A stretch of 33,104 nucleotides of DNA from a virus. Lineage: Duplodnaviria; Caudoviricetes. The stretch is from IMG/VR virus record IMGVR_UViG_3300037484_000322, positions 1 to 33,104 of that record; one strand, given 5' to 3'. The notes beneath the pieces were generated by a model, which saw only the letters and a list, made by a program, of their open reading frames with translations, did no database searches and had not been told where the DNA came from. Of the stretch, positions 25,487 to 32,492 are shown piece by piece; positions within the stretch are counted from its first letter, which is position 1, and each line of letters opens with the position of its first letter. The translations under genes and the position numbers were made by a program.

Positions 25487-26499
25487 TCCATCCCCGTCTT
25501 GTTTAGAGCCTCGTTTCGTTCATCCTCGTTGATCTCTCTTAATGCCTCCGCCATTGTTTGCGGTTGACCGCTACTCACCACAAGGGGAGCATTCCTTTTC
25601 GCTAGAATCTCCCTACACTCTGGGCATTGCTCGGTTGTCAGGTAGCACTTAGAAAGCGAGTGCTCTTCTTTCACAGGGGGCGCAACCTTGCCGAAAATAA
25701 CGCAACACTCCGGGCACAGGTGCACCCTCTCCTTACAAGTCAATACGTGCCTTTGCTGTTCTGGTGTTCTCTTGTCATGCGGGATAAACGCTGGTGAAAC
25801 CCCCTGAGTTAATAACCTTTGCTCATTTCCCTCTTGTACCCTCCTAGCGATTTTGTCCGCTTCTTTCCGTTGCCTCTTGGACATCCCCGCGAGGTATCCC
25901 GCCTCTTTTGTTTCCCCATGTTGATAGAAGGGATGACTTGGAACAGGAGTAGAAAATAAGGAATAGTTTGAAAACTCCATTCCGTCTTTTTCATGCCAGT
26001 AGCCGTATTTATAGATTTTCCCTTTTCCTGTCATTACAGCAATGCGGTCACTTGTGAGCAATTCCAAAATGGAAAAGCCATGATGGGCCGCAAGGTATGC
26101 CATTGCCCGTGTATCACTCCAAGGGCCGGGCGCAAGTTTTTTATTTCCGTTGACCACGGATAAGGCGAGCATATTTTTCCATTCTGACCAGTGCCCGTTG
26201 TGCATAAGTACAAAAGGGCTCTTTCCTTCTATTTCGTTGTGCCCATCTTGCCGCACGGCAAATGGGTGGCATAGGCTCTTCACCTTGCCGCCCACCGTTG
26301 ACAGCCGGAAATGGATAAAGAGGGGGAGGGGGAGCTTTTTAATTTCCTCCATGACTCCTTTTGCCGTGAGTCCTTTGAGGAATCGGACACTCCCTTTTTC
26401 TATCCATGAGATACCCGCCCCGTCCTGGTTTTGCCGTTCAGCCTCGAACAGCATTTTTTCATCGGGTTTCGACTTATGGCAGATAATCGCAACGCACAT
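25483..26499 (-). CDS. Class II (Ntn) glutamine amidotransferase with Cys-rich C-terminal extension
   Basis: N-terminal nucleophile Cys2 ('MCVAI'), then 'NQDGAG', 'HFRLST.G', 'CHPF', 'MHNG' and 'SDT'. Confidence 0.9.
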   Translation of the reverse strand: MCVAIICHKSKPDEKMLFEAERQNQDGAGISWIEKGSVRFLKGLTAKGVMEEIKKLPLPLFIHFRLSTVGGKVKSLCHPFAVRQDGHNEIEGKSPFVLMHNGHWSEWKNMLALSVVNGNKKLAPGPWSDTRAMAYLAAHHGFSILELLTSDRIAVMTGKGKIYKYGYWHEKDGMEFSNYSLFSTPVPSHPFYQHGETKEAGYLAGMSKRQRKEADKIARRVQEGNEQRLLTQGVSPAFIPHDKRTPEQQRHVLTCKERVHLCPECCVIFGKVAPPVKEEHSLSKCYLTTEQCPECREILAKRNAPLVVSSGQPQTMAEALREINEDERNEALNKTGME

Positions 26500-26501
26500 C
26501 G

Positions 26502-27428
26502 TTACCCCCTCCCTTGTCTTGTCGTCCCTAAAATTGCGAGCACGTGACGCCGTAGGCTTTCCCTTGCATCATTAGTTCGTTGCGGCCCTTGTGTTAGTGA
26601 TAATGGGACGATATCCGCAGAATTTGATACCTCGCCCAGCATCTTTTTCAGTTTCAAAATTTCCGTCTTTTTATGATCCGAAGCCGGTATCTGTTCGTTA
26701 ATTTCCTCGTGAATCGTTTGGAGTTTAGACGATGCCAAAAATTTATTGGTAAATGCAATAAAGTCATTGATGGCTAATGCCGCGATGCTCCAGTCTTTGA
26801 ACATCGGCAAGAGTCGGATTTCGATTGTCTTATATCTGGAATAGCAATAATTGATTCCGCAATACCTCGCATCCCCTTTGCCTTTGCTCCACACTTGCCG
26901 ATCCGGCCTATAATCTCTCCTACAGAATGAATTTTCCCCGCGAAGTCTTTTCCAGAATTCAGTATGTTTTATGTTATGCTCTGTTCCCCATGCCTCAAAA
27001 TGTTGGTATACCGCGTCAAAATAAGACTGCGAAACGGCCCGATAATAAAACCCTTTTGTCGTGAAAGATATGTGTAGGTGCATCCCGCATGTTTGATTGA
27101 CCGCAGCGGGATAGGCTTCTTTCAACCACGCTGTGATTATTTCCGCTTTGGATTCCAAAGGGGGTGACGTCACTTCTCCGATGTGAAACCAGCTCGAAGC
27201 ACCCAAGGCCAAAGGGAGGCGTTGTAACCCCGTTTCTGGTTTATATGCTAGGCCGTGTTTCTTTAGGTGCCCCTCACAATAGTCTTCTCCTGTCGTGTCC
27301 TGGTTGCCTAAAATTGCGACACTGCCGTCACTTTGCCAATTTACCCTAGTACCGGAATCCCTTATTTGTATGCGGTTTTTATCAACCCACATACCTTCTA
27401 GTTCAATTCCGACTAAGGCAACACCCAT
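26502..27428 (-). CDS. Putative amidoligase (glutamine synthetase-like COOH-NH2 ligase, Amidoligase_2-like)
   Basis: Motifs 'GIELEG', 'DGS', 'EVTSPPL', 'N.TCGMHLHIS', 'RY..IN' and 'TIEIR'. Confidence 0.85.
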   Translation of the reverse strand: MGVALVGIELEGMWVDKNRIQIRDSGTRVNWQSDGSVAILGNQDTTGEDYCEGHLKKHGLAYKPETGLQRLPLALGASSWFHIGEVTSPPLESKAEIITAWLKEAYPAAVNQTCGMHLHISFTTKGFYYRAVSQSYFDAVYQHFEAWGTEHNIKHTEFWKRLRGENSFCRRDYRPDRQVWSKGKGDARYCGINYCYSRYKTIEIRLLPMFKDWSIAALAINDFIAFTNKFLASSKLQTIHEEINEQIPASDHKKTEILKLKKMLGEVSNSADIVPLSLTQGPQRTNDARESLRRHVLAILGTTRQGRG

Positions 27429-27471
27429 TTTTACCCCCTGTTTCTTATCCGTTTCGGGTAGAATATAATTT

Positions 27472-28158
27472 TTATCTGTCGTTGATCTCGTGAACGCCTA
27501 TAGAGGTTTTTTCTGTTACGGACAGATTGATTTCCCCCTCTATAGGCGTACAAAAAGACATGTAGATTTCCCTAGCGGCTTCTTTCAGATTTTCAAGAAA
27601 GAGCTTCATTGCGTCTCGTGTCATTGGTACGTCACTAGTCAGGTTGACCCCGCTGCCTAGACCCACCGTTGTTAGAATCTGGAGATTTAAAATAGGGGTA
27701 CTTCCACCCTCTACCACCCATTGAAGACTCGCCCCTGCCGGGTATTGCCATCTCACATTACCGTGGGCATCATAGGAATTTAGCACTTGCGGATTAGTGA
27801 CTTTCCATCGTTTGGTTGACCCGGCTGTGTACGTGCCTCCGTTTGATAACACCTTGAAAAACTTCTCAAGAATGGGGGAACGTAACAGGAGAGTCAACCC
27901 CACCGCGTTTCTTGTGAGTTTCGCAGATAGCAGGACACTATCCGCGTTGTCCGGCATAGGTTCAACAGCCCCCTTGGTTACACTGGGGCTTTCTTCCGGC
28001 GTTCTCTCTGGTGTTTCGGGCATGGCGTCAATCCCTCCCCCTATTTCGTGATCTAAACCTAAAAAACTTACAAAATCAGAACTTACAAGAGGCCGATTTA
28101 CCCCTACGTACTGACGCCCGGTAACAGTTTGCCGTAGGCGGTCATCGTTATTAGGCAT
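27472..28158 (-). CDS. Hypothetical protein upstream of the amidoligase
   Basis: 228 aa. Two in-frame ATGs, each with an RBS (28158 with AAGGA; 28023 with GGAGG). Confidence 0.65.
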   Translation of the reverse strand: MPNNDDRLRQTVTGRQYVGVNRPLVSSDFVSFLGLDHEIGGGIDAMPETPERTPEESPSVTKGAVEPMPDNADSVLLSAKLTRNAVGLTLLLRSPILEKFFKVLSNGGTYTAGSTKRWKVTNPQVLNSYDAHGNVRWQYPAGASLQWVVEGGSTPILNLQILTTVGLGSGVNLTSDVPMTRDAMKLFLENLKEAAREIYMSFCTPIEGEINLSVTEKTSIGVHEINDR

Positions 28159-28183
28159 TTTTTATCCTTTTGATACAAGAAAA

Positions 28184-28244
28184 GCCCGTAGTTGCTTGCC
28201 GTTCCATGTCCGAGACTCAATGGAGAAACAAAACAACTACGGGC
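28184..28244 (-). terminator. Long rod hairpin followed by TTTTCTT (terminator or RNase III site)
   Basis: 11-bp arms GCCCGTAGTTG/CAACTACGGGC plus inner TCCAT/ATGGA; G-U pairs extend the stem on the - strand. Confidence 0.55.
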
Positions 28245-28263
28245 CGTTCATCTTGCCGTGTCC

Positions 28264-28491
28264 TTAACGGTACAGGACGACGCGGACCCGCCCGCTTCGA
28301 GTTGTGGGAATTGCGAAATCCGCCGGTACGCCCGCGTACCGCGTGACTTTCCCTCCCGCCTTGAAATTCATCAAGGACACGGTTTTACCACTGGGAAGTT
28401 TCGCCACCAGGTCGATACCCTGGTTGCTCGCAGCATTCTCAAGATACAGTTCCGTGTCCTGAGACGCCGCATTCCGAATCTTCAACGCCAT
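28264..28491 (-). CDS. Hypothetical 75-aa early protein
   Basis: RBS GGGAGGGG; MALKIRNAASQDTELYLE... Confidence 0.6.
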   Translation of the reverse strand: MALKIRNAASQDTELYLENAASNQGIDLVAKLPSGKTVSLMNFKAGGKVTRYAGVPADFAIPTTRSGRVRVVLYR

Positions 28492-28589
28492 AGAATCACC
28501 CCCTCCCCTTTGTTTGTATTCTACATAACAGGGCGCTTGCGATTGCCCTTTGCAAAAGCAATTCTTTAGTTCGCATATAATCCTTTTGA

Positions 28590-28619
28590 ATGGTAGCATG
28601 GGCTCTTTTCCCCTGTCAA
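28590..28619 (-). promoter_or_regulatory. Sigma70-type early promoter
   Basis: TTGACA, 18-nt spacer, TACCAT with extended TG; preceded by GATTTTTC. Confidence 0.6.
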
Positions 28620-28627
28620 GAAAAATC

Positions 28628-28774
28628 TTAGGCTAAGTCAAAATAAAACAATTCAAGGTCTTTGTTTGCTTCTGCGATCCGGCTTGCAAGTGCCCAGTTC
28701 TTCTCTTCCAAGGCTTGGATATACTCCCTCTCAACGGCCCGTCGTTGAATTGCTTTATCGTTTTGCCGTGTCAC
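28628..28774 (-). CDS. 48-aa helical microprotein
   Basis: RBS GAGGAGG, GTG start; MTRQNDKAIQRRAVEREYIQALEEKNWALASRIAEANKDLELFYFDLA. Confidence 0.6.
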   Translation of the reverse strand: MTRQNDKAIQRRAVEREYIQALEEKNWALASRIAEANKDLELFYFDLA

Positions 28775-28829
28775 TCTTGTAACCTCCTCTTGATAAGAAT
28801 AAGACCACCTAACCCCTTATCTTATTCCC

Positions 28830-28994
28830 TTACTTTTGGCATTGCAAACAGCTTGCATCCCAAACAATCACCCTCCCGCATTGACAGTGTTTCGGTTGTG
28901 GGGCTTCGACTGGTTGAAACCGCTCTCTAAAACGCCCCACGTTCGGGCTTTGAGTCAAGGAAAAATCAACCTCAATGAGTTGTGGACGTTTCAT
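28830..28994 (-). CDS. 54-aa Zn-finger microprotein
   Basis: ATGA overlap; ...KHCQCGRVIVWDASCLQCQK. Confidence 0.55.
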   Translation of the reverse strand: MKRPQLIEVDFSLTQSPNVGRFRERFQPVEAPQPKHCQCGRVIVWDASCLQCQK

Positions 28995-29278
28995 TCTTTC
29001 ACCCCCATTTGGTTGACATCGTTAAGCCCCGCAAGCGGCGTAGCCAAGGACCGCTGTATATTGGCTAGCGCCTCCTGTCTTCCCGCTCTAAACCCCACGT
29101 CAAGCCCTTCTAGCCTTGCCGCGTCAATCAAGGCTTGCACCCGATGCCGTAGCAAGCTGTCAAGGTCCCTCCGCTCACCCTCAAGACGTTCGACTTGCTC
29201 AAGCACCCCTGCCGGTAGGTTCGATCCATGCTTTGCGGGCGGTCCCTCGAATGTTCCGAATGGGGTATCTAGTTTCAT
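28991..29278 (-). CDS. Hypothetical coiled-coil early protein
   Basis: RBS GAGG before MKLDTPFG. Confidence 0.5.
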   Translation of the reverse strand: MKLDTPFGTFEGPPAKHGSNLPAGVLEQVERLEGERRDLDSLLRHRVQALIDAARLEGLDVGFRAGRQEALANIQRSLATPLAGLNDVNQMGVKE

Positions 29279-29334
29279 GGCCTCACCCTCCATGCCTTGT
29301 ATAGGTGCATGTCCCATGCCAGCCTGTAGAGCCT

Positions 29335-29607
29335 CTACGTTGTCCCTTTTGCTTTCGGAGTGTCAATTTGTGTCACTGTATGGGTAGCAGATTGCTCATT
29401 TTGTCCATTCAATCCCCCTTGCATTGAACAGGCTATGCACACCTTAGAGCCTTGACAAAAGGAGGCGTGGAGTTTCACCTTATGGCATTCCGAACACTCT
29501 TGATTCGGTATTCGGTTTTGTATTCTGGCATATTGTTTGCTAGACAACCCGCACGAGTCCGCGATCAGTGAGCCCTTATCAAGCCCCTGCGGTTTATTCC
29601 GTTTCAT
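29335..29607 (-). CDS. Zn-finger protein (CSEC...CIAC)
   Basis: 'CSECHKVK....F......CIAC' pattern. Confidence 0.45.
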   Translation of the reverse strand: MKRNKPQGLDKGSLIADSCGLSSKQYARIQNRIPNQECSECHKVKLHASFCQGSKVCIACSMQGGLNGQNEQSATHTVTQIDTPKAKGTT

Positions 29608-29620
29608 TGTACGATTTTTC

Positions 29621-29649
29621 TTGACATTTGGGCAAATCTCCCTTATAAT
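29621..29649 (+). promoter_or_regulatory. Perfect-consensus sigma70 promoter facing a non-coding region
   Basis: TTGACA (29621-29626), 17-nt spacer, TATAAT (29644-29649). Confidence 0.85.
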
Positions 29650-29778
29650 AAAGAGGTACTAGGCACAACGTATGCAAGTGCAACCCATTCGGACCCCCAA
29701 AGGGTCCGGGTTGACCTGTCAATGCTTTTGTAAGGCGTATTCCGTTGCATATAAAAGGCCATTGTTTGTATTCTATTC

Positions 29779-29807
29779 ATCCTACTCTCTAAACAGTTGA
29801 GAGTCAA
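29779..29807 (-). promoter_or_regulatory. Sigma70-type early promoter
   Basis: TTGACT, 17-nt spacer, TAGGAT. Confidence 0.6.
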
Positions 29808-29826
29808 GGTTTATTCCCTCATTTAA

Positions 29827-29882
29827 TGTGGTATTTATCGCACAGTGTATCATTTATGCAACACTGTGTCATTTATACCACA
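29827..29882. repeat. Three tandem 18-bp TGT-N3-ATTTAT-N3-ACA boxes (19-bp period)
   Basis: TGTGGTATTTATCGCACA, TGTATCATTTATGCAACA and TGTGTCATTTATACCACA. Confidence 0.75.
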
Positions 29883-29955
29883 CTTTATGCTCTTGGCGCT
29901 GTTGCTATGGCTTCGCTACGCAGCAAATGAACATAAACTACTCTATAGCAAATAG

Positions 29956-29984
29956 CTATAGAATGCTATTGTAGCATTCTATAG
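29956..29984. repeat. Perfect 13-bp inverted repeat
   Basis: CTATAGAATGCTA-TTG-TAGCATTCTATAG. Confidence 0.8.
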
Positions 29985-30185
29985 GTATTCACTACAATAC
30001 AATACAGCATAGCGAGGCTTGGTAGCCTCGCAGTATGACAATACAATACAACTCCTCTCCGTACACATGCAGGGGGGGTATGTGCGTGAAGGTGTTATAC
30101 CTTTCATACTATGTAGGAGGTACACGCAGACTTCACCCCAAATTGTTGGGCCACCCCTTTTATCTGTGTAATCAGGCACTTACAT

Positions 30186-30214
30186 ATCTTATCACAGATA
30201 ACGGGACCAGTCAA
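30186..30214 (-). promoter_or_regulatory. Sigma70-type leftward promoter
   Basis: TTGACT, 17-nt spacer, TAAGAT with extended TG. Confidence 0.65.
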
Positions 30215-30246
30215 GAAAAATAGTTTCAGAGAATGAAAGATTTTTC

Positions 30247-30275
30247 TTGACAACCCCGTCATCTTGTGTTATAGT
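30247..30275 (+). promoter_or_regulatory. Sigma70-type rightward promoter (tRNA and structural operon)
   Basis: TTGACA, 17-nt spacer, TATAGT with extended TG. Confidence 0.8.
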
Positions 30276-30301
30276 ATAGATACGAGTCTTTGTGTCATAA
30301 T

Positions 30302-30377
30302 GGGGTCGTAGCTCAGACAGCAGAGCACCCGGCCTGCAACCGGGAGGTCGGGGGTGCAATTCCCCCCAACTCCACCA
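30302..30377 (+). tRNA. tRNA-Ala(UGC), non-canonical
   Basis: 76-nt cloverleaf. Acceptor GGGGTCG/CAACTCC with G3-U70 and A73, D stem GCTC/GAGC, anticodon stem CCCGG/CCGGG with loop CCTGCAA, T stem G5/C5, encoded CCA. Confidence 0.88.
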
Positions 30378-30378
30378 C

Positions 30379-30396
30379 TGTTGTATTTATACCACA
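30379..30396. promoter_or_regulatory. Fourth TGT-N12-ACA box, between the tRNA and the RBS
   Basis: TGTTGTATTTATACCACA; shares ATTTATACCACA with the box at 29865. Confidence 0.6.
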
Positions 30397-30407
30397 GGAG
30401 AACCAGC

Positions 30408-31382
30408 ATGTCGTTAAGAACCCTTAATACCAGCATTTCCAACCCGGCGAACCAGTACGGCTCGTATCTTGAGCGAGAACTGGTGGCGCTGAAAACCAAT
30501 CCTGCGGGGGTGGCCCGGTACGTGAACGCCGATCCTGGTGGGACGGGTGATGATACGGCTGATGGCCTGTCTCCTTCGACGGCTTATCTGACGATGGCAA
30601 AGGCCCTCTCGGTGGTTGGGACTCTGGATACGGTCTACTTCTGGGGTGATGTCAGAGAAGAGATCGTGGGGAACCACTTGGCCTTCGATGTGACAATTGT
30701 GGGGCTTGGGAGCCTTCATCACCCCGATTCTCCGGCAACGGGGTATAAAGTCGGGTCCTCGATGTGGCGTCCGCCGTCGTCTCCGACGGCAGCCACCCCC
30801 CTTCTGAAACTTCGTGCCCGTGGCTGGAACTTTATCAACGTGGCATTTGACGCCCCGGTGGATGCGGCTGCGGTGAAGATGGAACGGAATGCCCTCTCAG
30901 GCACGTCTGAATATGATCCGAGTCATGCCAGCTTCCTTGGCTGTCGGTTTGTGGATGGAAAGTACGGGATTGAGGATAACGGGGGCTGCTACAACGTCAC
31001 CGTGGACGGCTGTGAGTTCAAGGCTATGACCACGGCGGCGATTGCCAATACCAGTACCTCGGTGGCAAACCCCCTCAACTGGAAGATTACGAACAACCGC
31101 TTTCCCTCGAATGTGTCGGATTTCGGCAATGCCACCCACCTTGACTCCCCGTTGAACTGTGCGGTGATTAAGGGTAATATGTTTGGGACGGTCACGAGTA
31201 CCGCACTCTATGTTGATCTGACGGGTGGGAACGGAAATATCGTGACGGAAAACGTGTTGGCCGGTCTCTATGACACCACGGATTACGTCTCTGGAACGGG
31301 TGATGTGTGGTATCAGAACTGGTCAGTTGTGAAGGCCACCACGTCTCCTGATGGGACGACCATTCTTCCTCCTGCTTCCTAA
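30408..31382 (+). CDS. Right-handed parallel beta-helix (pectin lyase-like) protein, likely virion-associated
   Basis: RBS AGGAG. 'YVN...G...DGLSP.TAY.T..KAL' start and repeated 'I..C.F / I..N.F' rungs. Confidence 0.7.
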   Translation: MSLRTLNTSISNPANQYGSYLERELVALKTNPAGVARYVNADPGGTGDDTADGLSPSTAYLTMAKALSVVGTLDTVYFWGDVREEIVGNHLAFDVTIVGLGSLHHPDSPATGYKVGSSMWRPPSSPTAATPLLKLRARGWNFINVAFDAPVDAAAVKMERNALSGTSEYDPSHASFLGCRFVDGKYGIEDNGGCYNVTVDGCEFKAMTTAAIANTSTSVANPLNWKITNNRFPSNVSDFGNATHLDSPLNCAVIKGNMFGTVTSTALYVDLTGGNGNIVTENVLAGLYDTTDYVSGTGDVWYQNWSVVKATTSPDGTTILPPAS

Positions 31383-31388
31383 CGGCGC

Positions 31389-31484
31389 ATGTGGAGTCGT
31401 CTCTGTGCATGGTGCCTGAGACAGCTTGACAAGAGGCAACCGGATGAGGTCATCCGGTGCTCTTGCGGGTGGAGATGGGAATGA
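31389..31484 (+). CDS. 31-aa Zn-finger microprotein
   Basis: MWSRLCAWCLRQLDKRQPDEVIRCSCGWRWE; ATGA overlap with terS. Confidence 0.5.
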   Translation: MWSRLCAWCLRQLDKRQPDEVIRCSCGWRWE

Positions 31485-32275
31485 GTGCCACTGAGCACCA
31501 GACGGCCCTCAAGCACGCCCGCAAGGATCAAGTCCTTCCCAAGGATGTCCCGCATCTCTTCCGGTGGCTTCAAAGCCCGAAGGTGGAGACGGAGCAACCT
31601 CCGGCACGGACATGGGAAGACTTGAAACAGTCTATTGCTCTTGTTCTGAGGACAGGCCATAATAAGATGCGGCAAGACACGAAGCGGCTCGCCAAGATTG
31701 AGGGAGTGACCAAACAATTGGTCGAAGCCCTCGAATTGGGAGCCTCCCTCGATATCGCGGCAGCATACGCTGGCATCCGGCCTGTTGAGTTCAGAGAGTG
31801 GCTGGCCCTGGGCCATACCCGTCCTCGGTCCATCTATGGGGCGTTCCTGTCTCTGATTCAAGCCGCCATTGCGAAGTGTGATGTCCAAGACCTCCAGGTG
31901 GTCACCAAAGCTGCCCAAGGTGGCGAATGGAAAGCCGCCATCGAACGGTTGAAAATGCGGGGCTTTGGGAACCAGGCGGCGATTGAGAAGAAGCCGGTCA
32001 ATGTCAAGATCGTCAACTACAATTTTAACCCACCGCCGCAGAAGATCACAGCGCAGACGTTGGATTACGATACCTTAGAGTTCGTGCAGGAGGAACCAGT
32101 CCGTGCCATTACTGCCGGGGAAGAGTCAGAAGAACTTTCAGAGCAATGTGAAGACTTTAATGCACGAGGGAAAACCTCAAAAGCAAGCATTAGCAATCAG
32201 CTACTCGACGCAACGGAGGGGGAAACCCCGTCGGAAACCGGCGAAAAAGAAATAAATGATTCTGAGACACATTGA
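31481..32275 (+). CDS. terS: Terminase small subunit
   Basis: HTH 'L.EALELGA....AAAYAGI....F.EW...G', then 'F...I.AA.A' and 'W.AA...L'; acidic tail. Confidence 0.7.
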   Translation: MSATEHQTALKHARKDQVLPKDVPHLFRWLQSPKVETEQPPARTWEDLKQSIALVLRTGHNKMRQDTKRLAKIEGVTKQLVEALELGASLDIAAAYAGIRPVEFREWLALGHTRPRSIYGAFLSLIQAAIAKCDVQDLQVVTKAAQGGEWKAAIERLKMRGFGNQAAIEKKPVNVKIVNYNFNPPPQKITAQTLDYDTLEFVQEEPVRAITAGEESEELSEQCEDFNARGKTSKASISNQLLDATEGETPSETGEKEINDSETH

Positions 32276-32489
32276 AGTAAAAGAGGGGCTTTGCCCAACG
32301 TGTCGATATTTAGACCGCACGCTTCTACAGAGCGGGCAAGAAATCGTGCGTTGTCAGAAAAATGAGAATCTTAAACTTCAATTTGATCGGTATGCCCAAG
32401 AGTGCAGTATGTACACTGAGCGAATCACACGGTGGGAGGCACTCAAAAGGTACTTTGTCGTGTTATTCGCTCGACTGAGAAAGAAATAA
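32256..32489 (+). CDS. Small Cys-containing protein
   Basis: CPTC...C...C; overlaps the end of terS. Confidence 0.5.
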   Translation: MILRHIEVKEGLCPTCRYLDRTLLQSGQEIVRCQKNENLKLQFDRYAQECSMYTERITRWEALKRYFVVLFARLRKK

Positions 32490-32492
32490 GAC

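Noticed and set aside
28930-28967. Additional promoter at GATTTTTCCTTGACT (- strand)
   Set aside because: No plausible -10 at 16-18 nt spacing, and it lies inside a coding ORF.
30328-30344. Reading the anticodon as GCA (Cys) to restore U33
   Set aside because: This breaks the perfect CCCGG/CCGGG stem, and G3-U70 with A73 indicates Ala.
30354-30407. GTG start extending the beta-helix gene
   Set aside because: It lies inside the tRNA T arm; the ATG at 30408 has an AGGAG RBS.
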